A DNA stretch of 64,000 nucleotides from an uncultured Mesoterricola sp. (GTDB lineage Bacteria > Acidobacteriota > Holophagae > Holophagales > Holophagaceae). Position numbers and translations under genes: made by a program. The DNA lies in the NCBI GenBank assembly GCA_964627225.1, contig CAZVHQ010000007.1, positions 47,165 to 111,164 on the forward strand, in the 5' to 3' direction. This document shows positions 28,235 to 38,778 of the stretch, piece by piece (position 1 is the stretch's first letter; every line of letters starts with the position of its first letter). Below the pieces are notes generated by a model. The model worked only from the letters and a program-made list of their open reading frames with translations. It had not been told where the DNA came from and did no database searches.

Positions 28235-29605
28235 ATGGATCCAGCCCTCCAGCGCATCACCCAGGCCCTGGGGCCCGACGCCCAGCTGGCCGTGGTCGGC
28301 GGCACGGTGCGGGACCGGCTGCTGGGCCGGGCGGGGGGGGACTGGGACCTGGCCACGGCGCTGCTGCCCGAGGAGGTGATGCTCCGGGCGCAGGCGGCCG
28401 GGCTGCGGGCCATTCCCACCGGGCTGCAGCACGGCACCGTCACCCTGATGGAAGCGGGCGTCGCCTTCGAGATCACCACCTTCCGCGGGGACGGCGACTA
28501 CCTGGACGGCCGCCGTCCGGCCTCGGTCACCCTGGGCGTGACGCTGGAGCAGGACCTGGCCCGCCGGGACTTCACCATCAACGCCATGGCGCTGCCCGCG
28601 GAAGCCCTCGAACTTCCGGACTGGCAGGCCCTCCTGGTGGATCCCCACGGCGGCCGGCGCGACCTGGAGGCCAGGCTGATCCGGGCCGTGGGCGATCCGC
28701 TGCAGCGCTTTGCCGAGGACGGCCTGCGCTGCCTCCGGGCCTGCCGGTTCCAGGCCCAGCTGGGCTTCAGCATCGAGCCCGGCACCCTCGCGGCCATTCC
28801 CCGGCGCCTGGAGGTGGCCGGCAAGGTGGCCGTGGAGCGGGCCTTCGTCGAACTCACCAAGCTGCTCTGCGGGCCCGAACCGGAGCGCGGGCTGGCGGCC
28901 CTGGCCGAGACCGGGCTGCTGGACCTCTGGCTGCCCGAGCTCCGGCCGATGATCGGCTGCGCCCAGAACCGCTACCACCGCTACCCGGTCTGGGAACACG
29001 TGCTGGCGGTGACCCGGTGCGCGCCGCCCGAGCCGGACCTGCGCTGGGCCGCGCTGCTGCACGATTCCGGCAAGCCCGCGGCCCGCTCCGAGGATCCCGG
29101 GGGCGAAATCCACTTCTACGGGCACGAGGCCATCTCGGTCGGCCTGGCCCAGGCCATCCTGACCCGCCTGCGCGCCAGCCACGCGCTGATCCGCCAGGTG
29201 GCCGCCCTGGTGCGGCACCACGGCACCCACCCGGGCCCCGCCTGGGGCGACGCCGCCTGCCGCCGCTTCCTGAAGCAGCTCATGGAGGATGGCCTGCCGC
29301 TGGAGCGCTGGGCCCAGTTCAACCTGGCCGACCAGTCCGGCAAGGGTTTCGGCGCGGAGCCGTTCCGGGCCGGGCACGCAGCCATGGTGGCCCGGCTCGG
29401 GGCCCTGGCCGCCCAGCGCCCGCCCCTGGCCATCCAGGCCCTGGCCCTGGACGGCCGGGCGCTCATGGAACTGGCCGGCCGCCCCGGCGGGCCCTGGCTG
29501 GGCCAGCTCCAGCATTTCCTCATGGAGGCGGTGCTGGACAACCCGGAACGCAACCAGCCCGGGCCCCTGCGCGAACTTGCCGCGGGCTGGCTGGCGGAAG
29601 GTTGA
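28235..29605 (+). CDS. cca: CCA tRNA nucleotidyltransferase with HD domain
   Basis: VGGTVRD..DWDLAT, EITTFR, DLARRDFTINAMA, RFAEDGLR, LLHDSGK. Confidence 0.9.
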   Translation: MDPALQRITQALGPDAQLAVVGGTVRDRLLGRAGGDWDLATALLPEEVMLRAQAAGLRAIPTGLQHGTVTLMEAGVAFEITTFRGDGDYLDGRRPASVTLGVTLEQDLARRDFTINAMALPAEALELPDWQALLVDPHGGRRDLEARLIRAVGDPLQRFAEDGLRCLRACRFQAQLGFSIEPGTLAAIPRRLEVAGKVAVERAFVELTKLLCGPEPERGLAALAETGLLDLWLPELRPMIGCAQNRYHRYPVWEHVLAVTRCAPPEPDLRWAALLHDSGKPAARSEDPGGEIHFYGHEAISVGLAQAILTRLRASHALIRQVAALVRHHGTHPGPAWGDAACRRFLKQLMEDGLPLERWAQFNLADQSGKGFGAEPFRAGHAAMVARLGALAAQRPPLAIQALALDGRALMELAGRPGGPWLGQLQHFLMEAVLDNPERNQPGPLRELAAGWLAEG

Positions 29606-29671
29606 AAATACCTCCATCCGGGTGGCACCTTCCAGCTTGAGGGCGCATTCCCTGCTGCAGGAGGTGCCATC

Positions 29672-30130
29672 TTGAAACTCATGCAGCGTGAACCCCACAC
29701 CATGTCCCCCGGCATGCCGCCCATCGAACCGTTCGCCATGATGCGCAACCTGATGCGCTGGGATCCGTTCCGGGACATGGACTTCAGCCTCGACTCCCAG
29801 TCGAACTTCACGCCGTCGTTCGATATCCGGGAAACGCCCGGGGCGTACATCTTCGAGGCCGACCTGCCGGGCATCGGCCAGCAGGATCTGGATATCAATC
29901 TGGCCGGCAACCGGCTCACGGTCACCGGGAAACGGGAGGGCTCCGGCAAGGGCGAGGGCGAGAACTTCTACACCATGGAACGCTCCTTCGGCTGCTTCTG
30001 CCGCGCCTTCAACCTGCCCGAGGGCGTTGACTCGACGGGGATCAAGGCGGACCTGAAGGAGGGGGTGCTCACCCTCGTGCTGCCCAAGACCCCGGAGGTT
30101 CAGCCCAAGAAGATCAGCTTAAGTCATTAA
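29672..30130 (+). CDS. Hsp20/alpha-crystallin small heat shock protein
   Basis: [33 protein letters not shown]. Confidence 0.93.
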   Translation: MKLMQREPHTMSPGMPPIEPFAMMRNLMRWDPFRDMDFSLDSQSNFTPSFDIRETPGAYIFEADLPGIGQQDLDINLAGNRLTVTGKREGSGKGEGENFYTMERSFGCFCRAFNLPEGVDSTGIKADLKEGVLTLVLPKTPEVQPKKISLSH

Positions 30131-30605
30131 GCAGGACCACGGCCTGGGCGGCCAGGCCTTCCCCGCGGCCGGTGAAGCCCAGCCGTTCGGTGGTGGTGGC
30201 CTTCACGTTCAGGTCCATGGGGTCGATGCCCAGGACCGGGGCGATGCGCTGGCGCATGGCCTCGCGGTGGGGGCCGAGCTTGGGGCGCTCGCCGATGAGG
30301 CAGACGTCGGCGTTCACCACCCGGAAGCCCCGGGCGTGCACCTTGGCCAGCACGGCTTCCAGCAGCGCCACCGAATCGGCCCCCCGGTAGGCCGGATCGG
30401 TGTCGGGAAAGTGCTGGCCGATGTCGCCCAGCCCGGCCGCGCCCAGCAGGGCGTCCATGAGCGCGTGCAGCATCACATCCGCGTCGCTGTGGCCGAGCAG
30501 GCCGCGCTCGTGGGGCACGGCGACGCCCATGAGCATCAGCGGCTTGCCGTCGGGCTCCGGGACGAACCGGTGCACGTCGAACCCCGAACCGACCCGCATG
30601 GTCAT
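30114..30605 (-). CDS. ispF: 2-C-methyl-D-erythritol 2,4-cyclodiphosphate synthase
   Basis: [43 protein letters not shown]. Confidence 0.96.
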   Translation of the reverse strand: MTMRVGSGFDVHRFVPEPDGKPLMLMGVAVPHERGLLGHSDADVMLHALMDALLGAAGLGDIGQHFPDTDPAYRGADSVALLEAVLAKVHARGFRVVNADVCLIGERPKLGPHREAMRQRIAPVLGIDPMDLNVKATTTERLGFTGRGEGLAAQAVVLLNDLS

Positions 30606-32116
30606 GGCCGCACCGGGAACGAGCCGGTGGCGCCCTGGTCGCCGTCCCGGGGCGGCCCGGGCAGGCGCAGGGTGACGGTGGTGCCCTGCCCTTCGGTGCT
30701 GACCAGTTCGATGTCGCCGCCATGCTCGGCCATGATGCGCTTGACCGTGGCCATCCCCAGGCCGGTGCCCCGCGCTTTGCCGTAGCTGAAGAACGGCTCG
30801 AAGATGCGCTTCTGCACCTTCCTGGGAATGCCCTTGCCGTTGTCGCTCACCTGGATCTCCACCCCGCCGTCGTCGGCGGGGCGCCAGCTCAGCACGACCC
30901 TGCCGCCGTCCCGCCCGGCCAGGGCGTCCAGGGCATTGCCCAGCAGGTTCTCGATCACCCGGTTGAACCGGTGCCGGTCCAGGCTGGCCTGGCAGGGCGG
31001 ACCCTGGCACTCCAGGACCACCTCAGCCTCCTGGGCGCGGGGCTGCAGCGGCTCCACCTGGGCCGCCAGGAACGGCGCCAGGTCGACCATCTCCCGCTTG
31101 GGCTCGCGGATCTTGGAATACTCGAGGATGTCCATGCTCAGCTGGCCCAGGCGCTCGGTGGCGCCCAGGATCTGGGCCAGGTGGTGCTGGGTGTTGGAAT
31201 CGCTGGTGGTGAGCCCCAGCAACTGGGCGTGGCCGGCGATGACGAACAGGCCGTTCTTGAAATCATGGACGATGGAACTGGCCACCTGGCCCACGGCGCC
31301 CAGCACCTGGTTGCGCAGGTTGGCTTCGGCCAGCCGGGTGCGCTCGATGGCGATGGCGCACAGGGAGACGATGGCCTCGAAGGTGAGCCGGTCCACCGGC
31401 TCGGTGCGGGCCCGGCGGCTGTCCAGGTAGAGCACGCCGATGCGTTCGCCCTGGACCAGCATGGGCAGGCAGAGGATGGTCTTGATCTTCAGGTCGGCCG
31501 CCGACGGGTGGCGCTGGAGATCCTCGTCGGACGCCGCGCTGTGGATCCACACGGGCTCGCCCTGTTCGAACACCTGCTTCACGCTGGACATGGAAAGCTG
31601 GATGTCCTCGGCCAGATGGTCGGAGCCCAGGTTGCGCTGGACCTTCACCACCAGGTCGCCCTGCTCGGGCAGCATGATGAAGCCGCGGTCCGTGCCGGAG
31701 AGCCCCAGGAGGCGGTCGATGGTCTGCTCCAGCAGGTCGTCCAGTTCCACCTCGCCGGTGAGCAGGGCGGCGGTCTGGATGATGGCCTGCAGGTTGGCCT
31801 CGGGTGCGGACGCGGCGACCTCCGGGCGCAGGGTCAGGTAGTAGGCGCCGTCCGCCAGGCGGATGGTGCTGCCCGGCTCCCAGCGCATGCGGGTGAGCGG
31901 CTGGTCCTCGTGGAAGGTGCCGTGCGAGGAGCCCAGGTCCTCCACCCACCAGCCTTCCTCGGTGTGCTGGATGCGCAGATGGGTCCGGCTGACCATGCCG
32001 TCCGGCAGCACCACATCGCACTGCGCCTGGCGGCCCAGGACCATGGAGCGCAGGGCCGGCACAGACCGCTCGAACCCGTGGCGATCCCGGATGGAAATGG
32101 AAGCCCTGTCTGGCAC
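30602..32116 (-). CDS. FHA-GAF-histidine kinase
   Basis: [22 protein letters not shown] (ILCLPM..GVLYLDS); VHDFKN, NLLGNA, DNGKG, GTGLG; GTG start with GGAG RBS assumed. Confidence 0.88.
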   Translation of the reverse strand: MPDRASISIRDRHGFERSVPALRSMVLGRQAQCDVVLPDGMVSRTHLRIQHTEEGWWVEDLGSSHGTFHEDQPLTRMRWEPGSTIRLADGAYYLTLRPEVAASAPEANLQAIIQTAALLTGEVELDDLLEQTIDRLLGLSGTDRGFIMLPEQGDLVVKVQRNLGSDHLAEDIQLSMSSVKQVFEQGEPVWIHSAASDEDLQRHPSAADLKIKTILCLPMLVQGERIGVLYLDSRRARTEPVDRLTFEAIVSLCAIAIERTRLAEANLRNQVLGAVGQVASSIVHDFKNGLFVIAGHAQLLGLTTSDSNTQHHLAQILGATERLGQLSMDILEYSKIREPKREMVDLAPFLAAQVEPLQPRAQEAEVVLECQGPPCQASLDRHRFNRVIENLLGNALDALAGRDGGRVVLSWRPADDGGVEIQVSDNGKGIPRKVQKRIFEPFFSYGKARGTGLGMATVKRIMAEHGGDIELVSTEGQGTTVTLRLPGPPRDGDQGATGSFPVRP

Positions 32117-32225
32117 GGCGTCTCCGAGGGGGAGGCCGCGCATTCTACGGCCCAGGGCCAGTATAAGGGAAGGCCGGAGCCAGATATAGTGGACATGGGC
32201 AGGGTCGCCGTGAGGAAATGAGCCC

Positions 32226-33245
32226 ATGGAACAGCAACGGAACCCCGATCTCGACCCGGCGGCACGGGATGAGACCTTTGAATACTCCCTGCGGCCCCAA
32301 AGCCTGCCGGAGTACATCGGCCAGGAGAAGGTCAAGGCCAGGCTGGAGATCGCCCTGCGCGCGGCCCTGGGCCGCAAGGAAGTGCTGGACCACGTGCTGC
32401 TGTTCGGCCCGCCGGGCCTGGGCAAGACCACCCTGGCCCACGTCCTGGCCAACGAGATGGGGGCCCCCTGCAAGGTGATCCAGGCCCCGGCCCTGGAAAA
32501 GAAGGGCGATCTGGCCGCCATCCTCACCAACCTGGACGAAGGCGAGTTCCTGTTCATCGACGAGATCCACCGGATGCCCGCCGCCATCGAGGAGATGCTC
32601 TATTCGGCCATGGAGGACCGCAAGCTGGACATCCTCATCGGCCAGGGCCCTTCGGCCCAGACCCTCAAGGTCGACCTGCGGCCGTTCACCCTGGTGGGCG
32701 CCACCACCCGCGCCGGGCTGATCTCCAAGCCCCTGCACGACCGCTTCGGCATCACCCACCGGCTGGAGTACTACACCCGCCAGGAGCTGGCCATCATCGC
32801 CAGCCGTTCGGCCCGGGTGCTGGGGGTGGAACTGGCCCTAGAAGGCGCCGAGGCCATCGCCCGGCGCTCCCGGGGCACCCCGCGCATCGTCAACCGGCTG
32901 CTGCGGCGCTGCCGGGACTACGCCGAAGTGAAGGGCCAGGGGGTCATCACCTCGCCCATCGCCGACGCCTGCCTGTCCCTGCACGAGGTGGACGACCTGG
33001 GCCTGGAGGGCCTGGACCGGGCCTACCTGGAGGCCCTGTGCGTCAAGTTCCGGGGCGGCCCGGTGGGGGTGCGCACCCTGGCCGCGGCCCTGGGCGAAAG
33101 CGACGGCGGCGCCCTGGAGGACCTGGTGGAGCCGTACCTGATGCAGATCGGCTTCCTGGACCGCACCCAGCAGGGCCGCAAGGCCACCGACGCCGCCTAC
33201 GCCTACCTGGGCCTGAACACCACGCCGGGCACGCTGTTCAGTTAG
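32226..33245 (+). CDS. ruvB: Holliday junction branch migration helicase RuvB
   Basis: LRPQSL.EYIGQ, GPPGLGKTT, FIDEIHR, GATTR, SRGTPR, EPYL. Confidence 0.97.
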   Translation: MEQQRNPDLDPAARDETFEYSLRPQSLPEYIGQEKVKARLEIALRAALGRKEVLDHVLLFGPPGLGKTTLAHVLANEMGAPCKVIQAPALEKKGDLAAILTNLDEGEFLFIDEIHRMPAAIEEMLYSAMEDRKLDILIGQGPSAQTLKVDLRPFTLVGATTRAGLISKPLHDRFGITHRLEYYTRQELAIIASRSARVLGVELALEGAEAIARRSRGTPRIVNRLLRRCRDYAEVKGQGVITSPIADACLSLHEVDDLGLEGLDRAYLEALCVKFRGGPVGVRTLAAALGESDGGALEDLVEPYLMQIGFLDRTQQGRKATDAAYAYLGLNTTPGTLFS

Positions 33246-34737
33246 CTCGCACCACCCGCACGGTGCGGTCCAGCAGCCGGAACAGGAAGCGCGCCTTGTC
33301 CTGCAGGCTCTCCAGTTCCGGCCGCAGATCGCCGGCCCCGGTGAGCACCAGGCTCAGATCCTCGCCCTCCGGCACCAGGCGCACGGCGCGCACGGCCTGC
33401 CGGCGGGTGCGGTCCAGGGCGTCGGCCACCCGGATGATGGCGGCTAGCTTTTCCACCACGTGCCGGGTCCAGGGTTTGAGCAGGGCGAAGGTGCCGTGGC
33501 TGTCCGCGGAGGGCGGCTTGCCCCGGTGGAAGCGGACGATCTGGGCGATGGTCTCGATCTCCGCCGGCCAGAACCCGGCCAGGTTGGCGTTCTGGATCAG
33601 GTAGGCGCCATGCTTGTGGTGGTCCTTTTCGGACAGGGAGAGGCCCACGTCGTGCATCTGGGCGGCATAGCCCAGCAGCTCCCGCTCCGGGTCGCCCAGT
33701 TCGAAGAACGGCATGAGGTCGTGGAACAGCTGGTCGGCCAGCTGAGCCACGTGCCGGCTGTGGCCGGGATCGGGATCCAGCTTGGCGCAGAGGGCCGCCA
33801 CCGACGCCTTGCGCCGGTCGGCCAGGACCGGAAGGGCCATGCCGCCCCGGGCCAGGGCCTTCCAGACCATGCCTTCGCGCAGCCCCACCGGCAGGCAGCG
33901 CACCTGTCCGGCCCCCAGCCATTCCACCAGGCCCATGGCCCAGCTGGCGCCCACGTGCAGCACCTCGGCCCGCTTGGGATCGACCCCCAGCAGCGCCACC
34001 CGGTCCTGGGGCGAGGCCTTCCACAGCCGGCGCTTGAAGCGCAGCAGCTCGGCCAGGTCGAAGCTGGACTGGCCGCTGGCGCCCTTGGCGAGGTCCAGCA
34101 GGGTGCCGGAGGTGCCCAGCACCAGCCGGGCGGCGGGCAGATCCGGGGGCAGCGCCTTGCCGGCCTTCTTGAGCACCTTGCGGATGAACTTGCGCAGCCG
34201 AACCAGTTCTTCGGGCAGGGGCGGATTGGAGGTGGGCACGGCGTCGGCCAGGCGCTGCAGGCCCCAGGGCAGCGACAGGGTCGCCACCGGCCGGCCCGCC
34301 ACCAGCCAGGTGAGCTCGGTGCTGCCGCCGCCAATGTCCATGAGCACCGCCGGCTCGTCCGGGAACGGGATCGCCCGGCTCACCGCCAGGTAGATCAGGC
34401 TGGCCTCCTCTTCGCCGGAGATGACCTTGATGGCGATGCCGAGCTTGGCCGCCTCTTCGATGAACCTCGGGGCATTGGCCGCTTCGCGCAGCGCCGCGGT
34501 GCCGCAGGCCATCACCGTCTCGCACTGCAGCCCGCGGATCACCTCGGCCATCAGGGCCAGCGCCTCCAGCCCGGCCTGGAACGCCTCGGCGCCGATCTCC
34601 CCGGTGCGCAGCACGCCGCGGGCCAGGCGCACCATGTGCTTTTCCCGGGCCAGCACCTGCTGGTTGCCCATGCTGTCGGTCTCCACCACCATCAGATGGA
34701 TGGAGTTCGATCCCACATCGATGGCGGCGATTCTCAT
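33238..34737 (-). CDS. ppx: Ppx/GppA exopolyphosphatase with HD domain
   Basis: IDVGSNS, TAALREA, DIGGGSTE, GLREG, HDVG..HHKHG. Confidence 0.93.
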   Translation of the reverse strand: MRIAAIDVGSNSIHLMVVETDSMGNQQVLAREKHMVRLARGVLRTGEIGAEAFQAGLEALALMAEVIRGLQCETVMACGTAALREAANAPRFIEEAAKLGIAIKVISGEEEASLIYLAVSRAIPFPDEPAVLMDIGGGSTELTWLVAGRPVATLSLPWGLQRLADAVPTSNPPLPEELVRLRKFIRKVLKKAGKALPPDLPAARLVLGTSGTLLDLAKGASGQSSFDLAELLRFKRRLWKASPQDRVALLGVDPKRAEVLHVGASWAMGLVEWLGAGQVRCLPVGLREGMVWKALARGGMALPVLADRRKASVAALCAKLDPDPGHSRHVAQLADQLFHDLMPFFELGDPERELLGYAAQMHDVGLSLSEKDHHKHGAYLIQNANLAGFWPAEIETIAQIVRFHRGKPPSADSHGTFALLKPWTRHVVEKLAAIIRVADALDRTRRQAVRAVRLVPEGEDLSLVLTGAGDLRPELESLQDKARFLFRLLDRTVRVVRAN

Positions 34738-34743
34738 GTTCGG

Positions 34744-35604
34744 CTACCTGGGAATGGTCCCGGTGCGATCCCAGCGGGTGCGGGAGAAGAAGTGGCGCGC
34801 GCCGTCGGCGAAATTGCCCAGCACGTCGCCGGGCCCCTCGGGAACCCGGGCGTTGGTGTCGTCGTTGCCGCCTTCGCGATAGCTCCACCAGACGATGAAC
34901 GGGCGCCCGCGCAGGTGGTCGATGGGCAGGAAGCCCCAGTAGCGGCTGTCGGCGGAATTGTCGCGGTTGTCGCCCATGGCGAACACCCGCCCGGGGGGCA
35001 CGGTGAACGGGCCCATGTTGTCCCGGAACCCGCCGTCCAGCATGTCCCGACCCTGCATGTCCATGGTCAGGGCATCCGGATCGGCGAACGGCCAGGTCAG
35101 GGCCAGCCCGGTCGGGCGCTCTTCAAACTCGAGCCGGCCGGCGTTGCGGGTGGTCGGCCAGGGCCCCGGCAGCGGCCCGTCCTCCCGGTTCAGGATGTGG
35201 TGCTCCCAGGGACCGGTGCACAGCCGACCGTTGAGGTAGAGCCGCTTGTCGCGCATCTCGACGGTGTCGCCGGGCAGCGCCACCAGGCGCTTCACGTAGT
35301 CGGTGTTGCGGTCCAGCGGGTAGCGGAAGACGATGACGTCGCCCCGCTGCGGCTGGCGCATGGGGAACAGCTTTGCCTCCCAGGACCACTGGGGCACCGC
35401 GAACACGAACTTGTTCACCAGCAGGTGGTCGCCGATCATCAGCGTGTTGCGCATGGACGCCGACGGGATGGTGAACTGCTGGCCGACGAAGGTCTTGAAG
35501 AACATGATGATCAGGATGGCGAAACAGACCACCTCCAGGTTGTCCCGGAGAAAGCCCTTGGCCACGCCTCCGGGCAGGGCCTGCTCGCTGGTCTCGTCGC
35601 TCAT
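34744..35604 (-). CDS. lepB: signal peptidase I
   Basis: IPSASM..TL.IGD, RGDVIVF, YVKR, GDNRDNSADSRYWG. Confidence 0.95.
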   Translation of the reverse strand: MSDETSEQALPGGVAKGFLRDNLEVVCFAILIIMFFKTFVGQQFTIPSASMRNTLMIGDHLLVNKFVFAVPQWSWEAKLFPMRQPQRGDVIVFRYPLDRNTDYVKRLVALPGDTVEMRDKRLYLNGRLCTGPWEHHILNREDGPLPGPWPTTRNAGRLEFEERPTGLALTWPFADPDALTMDMQGRDMLDGGFRDNMGPFTVPPGRVFAMGDNRDNSADSRYWGFLPIDHLRGRPFIVWWSYREGGNDDTNARVPEGPGDVLGNFADGARHFFSRTRWDRTGTIPR

Positions 35605-36227
35605 GATGTGCTCCCTGATGGGCTGCCGGCCGCTTTGCCGGGGACGTCGGTAAATCCGCGGGTGACCAGGAGGTTGGTGATGACCCAGCGGCCCTGGCTC
35701 CAGGTCAGGGTCTCCGCCTCGCCCACATCGGGCAGGTAGAGGGTGCGGGTCCGGTTGCCCGATCCGTTCAAGGCGATGGATTCCACCCAGACGCCCACCG
35801 CCCCTCCGGGCTCGGCCAGGCGCACCCCGGGCAGCTGGACGCTGGCCCGGCCCACCACCCAGTTGAAGCTGCCGCGGGATTCCCAGCGGCTGACCCGGTC
35901 GGGGAAGCCTTCGGGCAACAGCAGGATGCCGCCGGGCTGCAGGGTGACCCCGCCGTCCTTCTGCAGCACCTGGGTGTCCCACTGGCCGGTCAGGGAGGTG
36001 AAGGTCTTGGTCACGGCGAGGCCCGGCCCGTCCGGCCGGGATTCCTTCACCCGCACCTGCTGGCGCTTCTGCAGGCGCAGCGCGGCGTCCAGGGTGGGGT
36101 CCTCGAAGCCCAGGGTCAGGCCTTCTTCCCAGGCGGCGTAGATCGGGTGCGGGGCGGGCATGAACACCCGGTCGCAACCCGTGGAGAGCGCCAGCGCGAG
36201 CAGGGCTCCCAGGGGCGCCAGCTTCAT
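35601..36227 (-). CDS. hypothetical lipoprotein
   Basis: lipobox STGC; overlaps the tex stop and the lepB start. Confidence 0.7.
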   Translation of the reverse strand: MKLAPLGALLALALSTGCDRVFMPAPHPIYAAWEEGLTLGFEDPTLDAALRLQKRQQVRVKESRPDGPGLAVTKTFTSLTGQWDTQVLQKDGGVTLQPGGILLLPEGFPDRVSRWESRGSFNWVVGRASVQLPGVRLAEPGGAVGVWVESIALNGSGNRTRTLYLPDVGEAETLTWSQGRWVITNLLVTRGFTDVPGKAAGSPSGSTS

Positions 36228-38719
36228 CGCAGGCCTTTGTTGTACTTGGCCATCAGGTCGGAAAGGCTGGCCCCGCCGCGCGGTTCGCTGGTGCGCTCGG
36301 GCTTGCGTTCGGGCGCTTCGGCGCGCCGCTCGGGCCGCCGGTCCGGTGCCCCGCCGGGCTTGCGACCGTCCGGATGGGGCCGGTCCGGCCGGCGCGGATT
36401 CGCCGGCGCTTCGCCAGGCATCGCCGGGGGCCGTCCGGCCTGGGGCTGGGGCCGTCCGGCCTGGGCCTGGGGCCGGTCGGGGCGCGGCCTGGGGCGGTCG
36501 CCCCGGGGCCGGCGGTCCGGGCGGGGGGTCTGGGACGCCTCGGGCCGGGTGCCGCCCCCGCCGGGCAGCAGGGCCTTGATGGAAAGGCCGATGCGCTTGG
36601 ACTTCAAGTCCACCGCCAGCACCTTGACCCGCACCGACTGGCCGACGTTGAGGGCGTCCGCGGGGTTCTTGACGTACTGGTGGGAGATCTCGGAGAGGTG
36701 GACCAGCCCGTCCTGGTGCACCCCGACATCGACGAAGGCGCCGAAGTCGGTGACGTTGGTGACGATGCCCTGGAGTTCCATGCCGATCTCCAGGTCGGCG
36801 GGCTTGTGCACGCCCTCCCGGAAGATCACCGCCTCGAAGCGCTGGCGGGGATCCCGGCCGGGCTTCTTCAGCTCGGCGATGATGTCCTTGACGGTCTCCA
36901 GGCCGGAGTGCTCATCGATGAACAGGGCCGGATCCAGGGCGTCCAGGACGGCGTCGTTGCCCACCAGCTCCGGCACGGTCTTGCCGGCCATCTGGCAGAT
37001 GCGCTGGACCACCGGATAGCTTTCCGGGTGCACGGCGCTGGCGTCCAGGGGGTTCTCCCCCTCCCGGATGCGCAGGAAGCCCGCGGCCTGCTGGAAGGCC
37101 TTCTCGCCGAACCGGGGCACTTCCATGAGCTGCTCCCGGTGCTTGAAGGCGCCGTTGGCGAAACGGTGCTGGACGATGTGCTTGGCCAGGCTTTCGCCGA
37201 TCCCGGCCACGTAGGCCAGCAGGCGGTAGCTGGCCGAGTTGAGGTCGACCCCGACCCGGTTCACGCAGGATTCCACCACCTCGTCCAGGCCCTTCTTCAG
37301 GGCGGTCTGGTTGACGTCATGCTGGTACTGGCCGACCCCGATCGACTTGGGCTCGACCTTCACCAGCTCGGCCAGCGGATCCTGAAAGCGCCGGGCGATG
37401 GAGATCGCGCCGCGCACGGTGACGTCCTGCTCGGGGAATTCCTCCCGGGCCACGTCGGAGGCGGAGTAGACCGAGGCGCCGGCCTCGCTCACGGCGACGC
37501 ACAGCACGTCCTCCCGGCCGGACTCCTTGAGCCAGCCGCGGATGAAGGCCTCGGCCTCGCGGCCGCCGGTGCCGTTGCCGATGGCGATGGCCTCGATGGG
37601 GAAGCGGCTTGCCAGCCCCTCCAGCAGGGCCCGGCTGCCGTCCAGGTCGCGCTTGGGTTCGAGCGGATAGATGGTGGCGGTCTCCATGAACTGGCCGAGC
37701 CGGTTGATGATCGCCAGCTTGCAGCCGGTGCGGATGCCGGGATCGACGCCCAGGGTGCAGCGCTGCCCGGCCGGAGGGGCCAGCAGCAGGTGGTCCAGGT
37801 TGGTCTGGAACACCTTGATCGCTTCCAGGTCGGCCTTCTTCTTGGCCTCGATGCGCACGTCGGTCTCGATGGAGGGCGACAGCAGGCGGTCGAAGGTGTC
37901 GCCGCAGACGTCGTGCAGCATGGCCCGGTAGGCGGAGGCGGGGTTGACGGCCACCTTGGAGACCAGCTCGGTGACCAGCCTTTCCCGGTCCACCTCCAGC
38001 TTCGCGACGAGAATCTCCTCCTTCTCGCCCCGGCGCACGGCCAGGATCCGGTGGCCCGGCATCTTCTTCAGGGGCTCCTGGAACTGCCAGTAGGGTTTGA
38101 AGCGCAGGGCCTCGGGGGCGTCCTTGCGCTCCTCGCGCAGGCTGGCGTGCAGGATGCCGGTGTCGTGGAACACCTGGCGCATCCAGGCGCGCACGTCGGC
38201 GTCCTCCGCCAGCCGCTCGGCCAGGATGTGCCCGGCGCCCTCCACGCAATGCGAGGGCGTATCGATGCCCTCCTGGTCCTGCTTGACGTACGGCGCGGCC
38301 AGCATGAGCGGATCGGCGCCCGCGGCGTCGGCCAGCAGCTCCTCCAGCAGGGGCTCCAGGCCGCGCTCCCGGGCGTCGGTGGCCTTGGTGCGCTTCTTGG
38401 GCTTGTAGGGCAGGTAGAGGTCCTCGAGCTCGGTCTTGGCCCAGGCGGCCTCGATCTTGGCCCGCAGTTCCGGGGTGAGCTTGCCCTGCTTCTGGACCGA
38501 CTTGAGCACCGCCTCGCGCCGTTCGAGCAGCTCCTTGTAGTAGCCGAGCCGATCCTCCACCGCCCTGATGGCGACTTCGTCCAGGGACCCGGTGGCCTCT
38601 TTCCGGTAGCGGGCGATGAAGGGAACCGTGTTCCCCTCGTTCAACAGCGCCGCCACCGAGGCGACGCCCGCCCTGGGCAAGGCGAGTTCCTGACAGATGC
38701 GATCGACCAACAACTCCAC
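36224..38719 (-). CDS. tex: Tex family RNA-binding transcriptional accessory protein
   Basis: GNTVPFIARYRKE, DPGIRTGCK, SEAGASVYS, IGVGQYQHD, S1 domain; R/P-rich tail. Confidence 0.95.
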   Translation of the reverse strand: MELLVDRICQELALPRAGVASVAALLNEGNTVPFIARYRKEATGSLDEVAIRAVEDRLGYYKELLERREAVLKSVQKQGKLTPELRAKIEAAWAKTELEDLYLPYKPKKRTKATDARERGLEPLLEELLADAAGADPLMLAAPYVKQDQEGIDTPSHCVEGAGHILAERLAEDADVRAWMRQVFHDTGILHASLREERKDAPEALRFKPYWQFQEPLKKMPGHRILAVRRGEKEEILVAKLEVDRERLVTELVSKVAVNPASAYRAMLHDVCGDTFDRLLSPSIETDVRIEAKKKADLEAIKVFQTNLDHLLLAPPAGQRCTLGVDPGIRTGCKLAIINRLGQFMETATIYPLEPKRDLDGSRALLEGLASRFPIEAIAIGNGTGGREAEAFIRGWLKESGREDVLCVAVSEAGASVYSASDVAREEFPEQDVTVRGAISIARRFQDPLAELVKVEPKSIGVGQYQHDVNQTALKKGLDEVVESCVNRVGVDLNSASYRLLAYVAGIGESLAKHIVQHRFANGAFKHREQLMEVPRFGEKAFQQAAGFLRIREGENPLDASAVHPESYPVVQRICQMAGKTVPELVGNDAVLDALDPALFIDEHSGLETVKDIIAELKKPGRDPRQRFEAVIFREGVHKPADLEIGMELQGIVTNVTDFGAFVDVGVHQDGLVHLSEISHQYVKNPADALNVGQSVRVKVLAVDLKSKRIGLSIKALLPGGGGTRPEASQTPRPDRRPRGDRPRPRPDRPQAQAGRPQPQAGRPPAMPGEAPANPRRPDRPHPDGRKPGGAPDRRPERRAEAPERKPERTSEPRGGASLSDLMAKYNKGLR

Positions 38720-38778
38720 GGCACTATCCTTTCCACACCGCTGGGGTGAAAAAGAGATCATACCCTATAGTACGGATT

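Noticed and set aside
29600..29670. CIRCE or sigma-32 element before hsp20
   Set aside because: GTGGCACCT..GAGGGCGCA and TTGAAA are only loose matches with the wrong spacing.
36300..36560. Short repeats (QAGRP x2, RP-rich) at the tex 3' end
   Set aside because: Low-complexity disordered protein tail, not a DNA repeat system.
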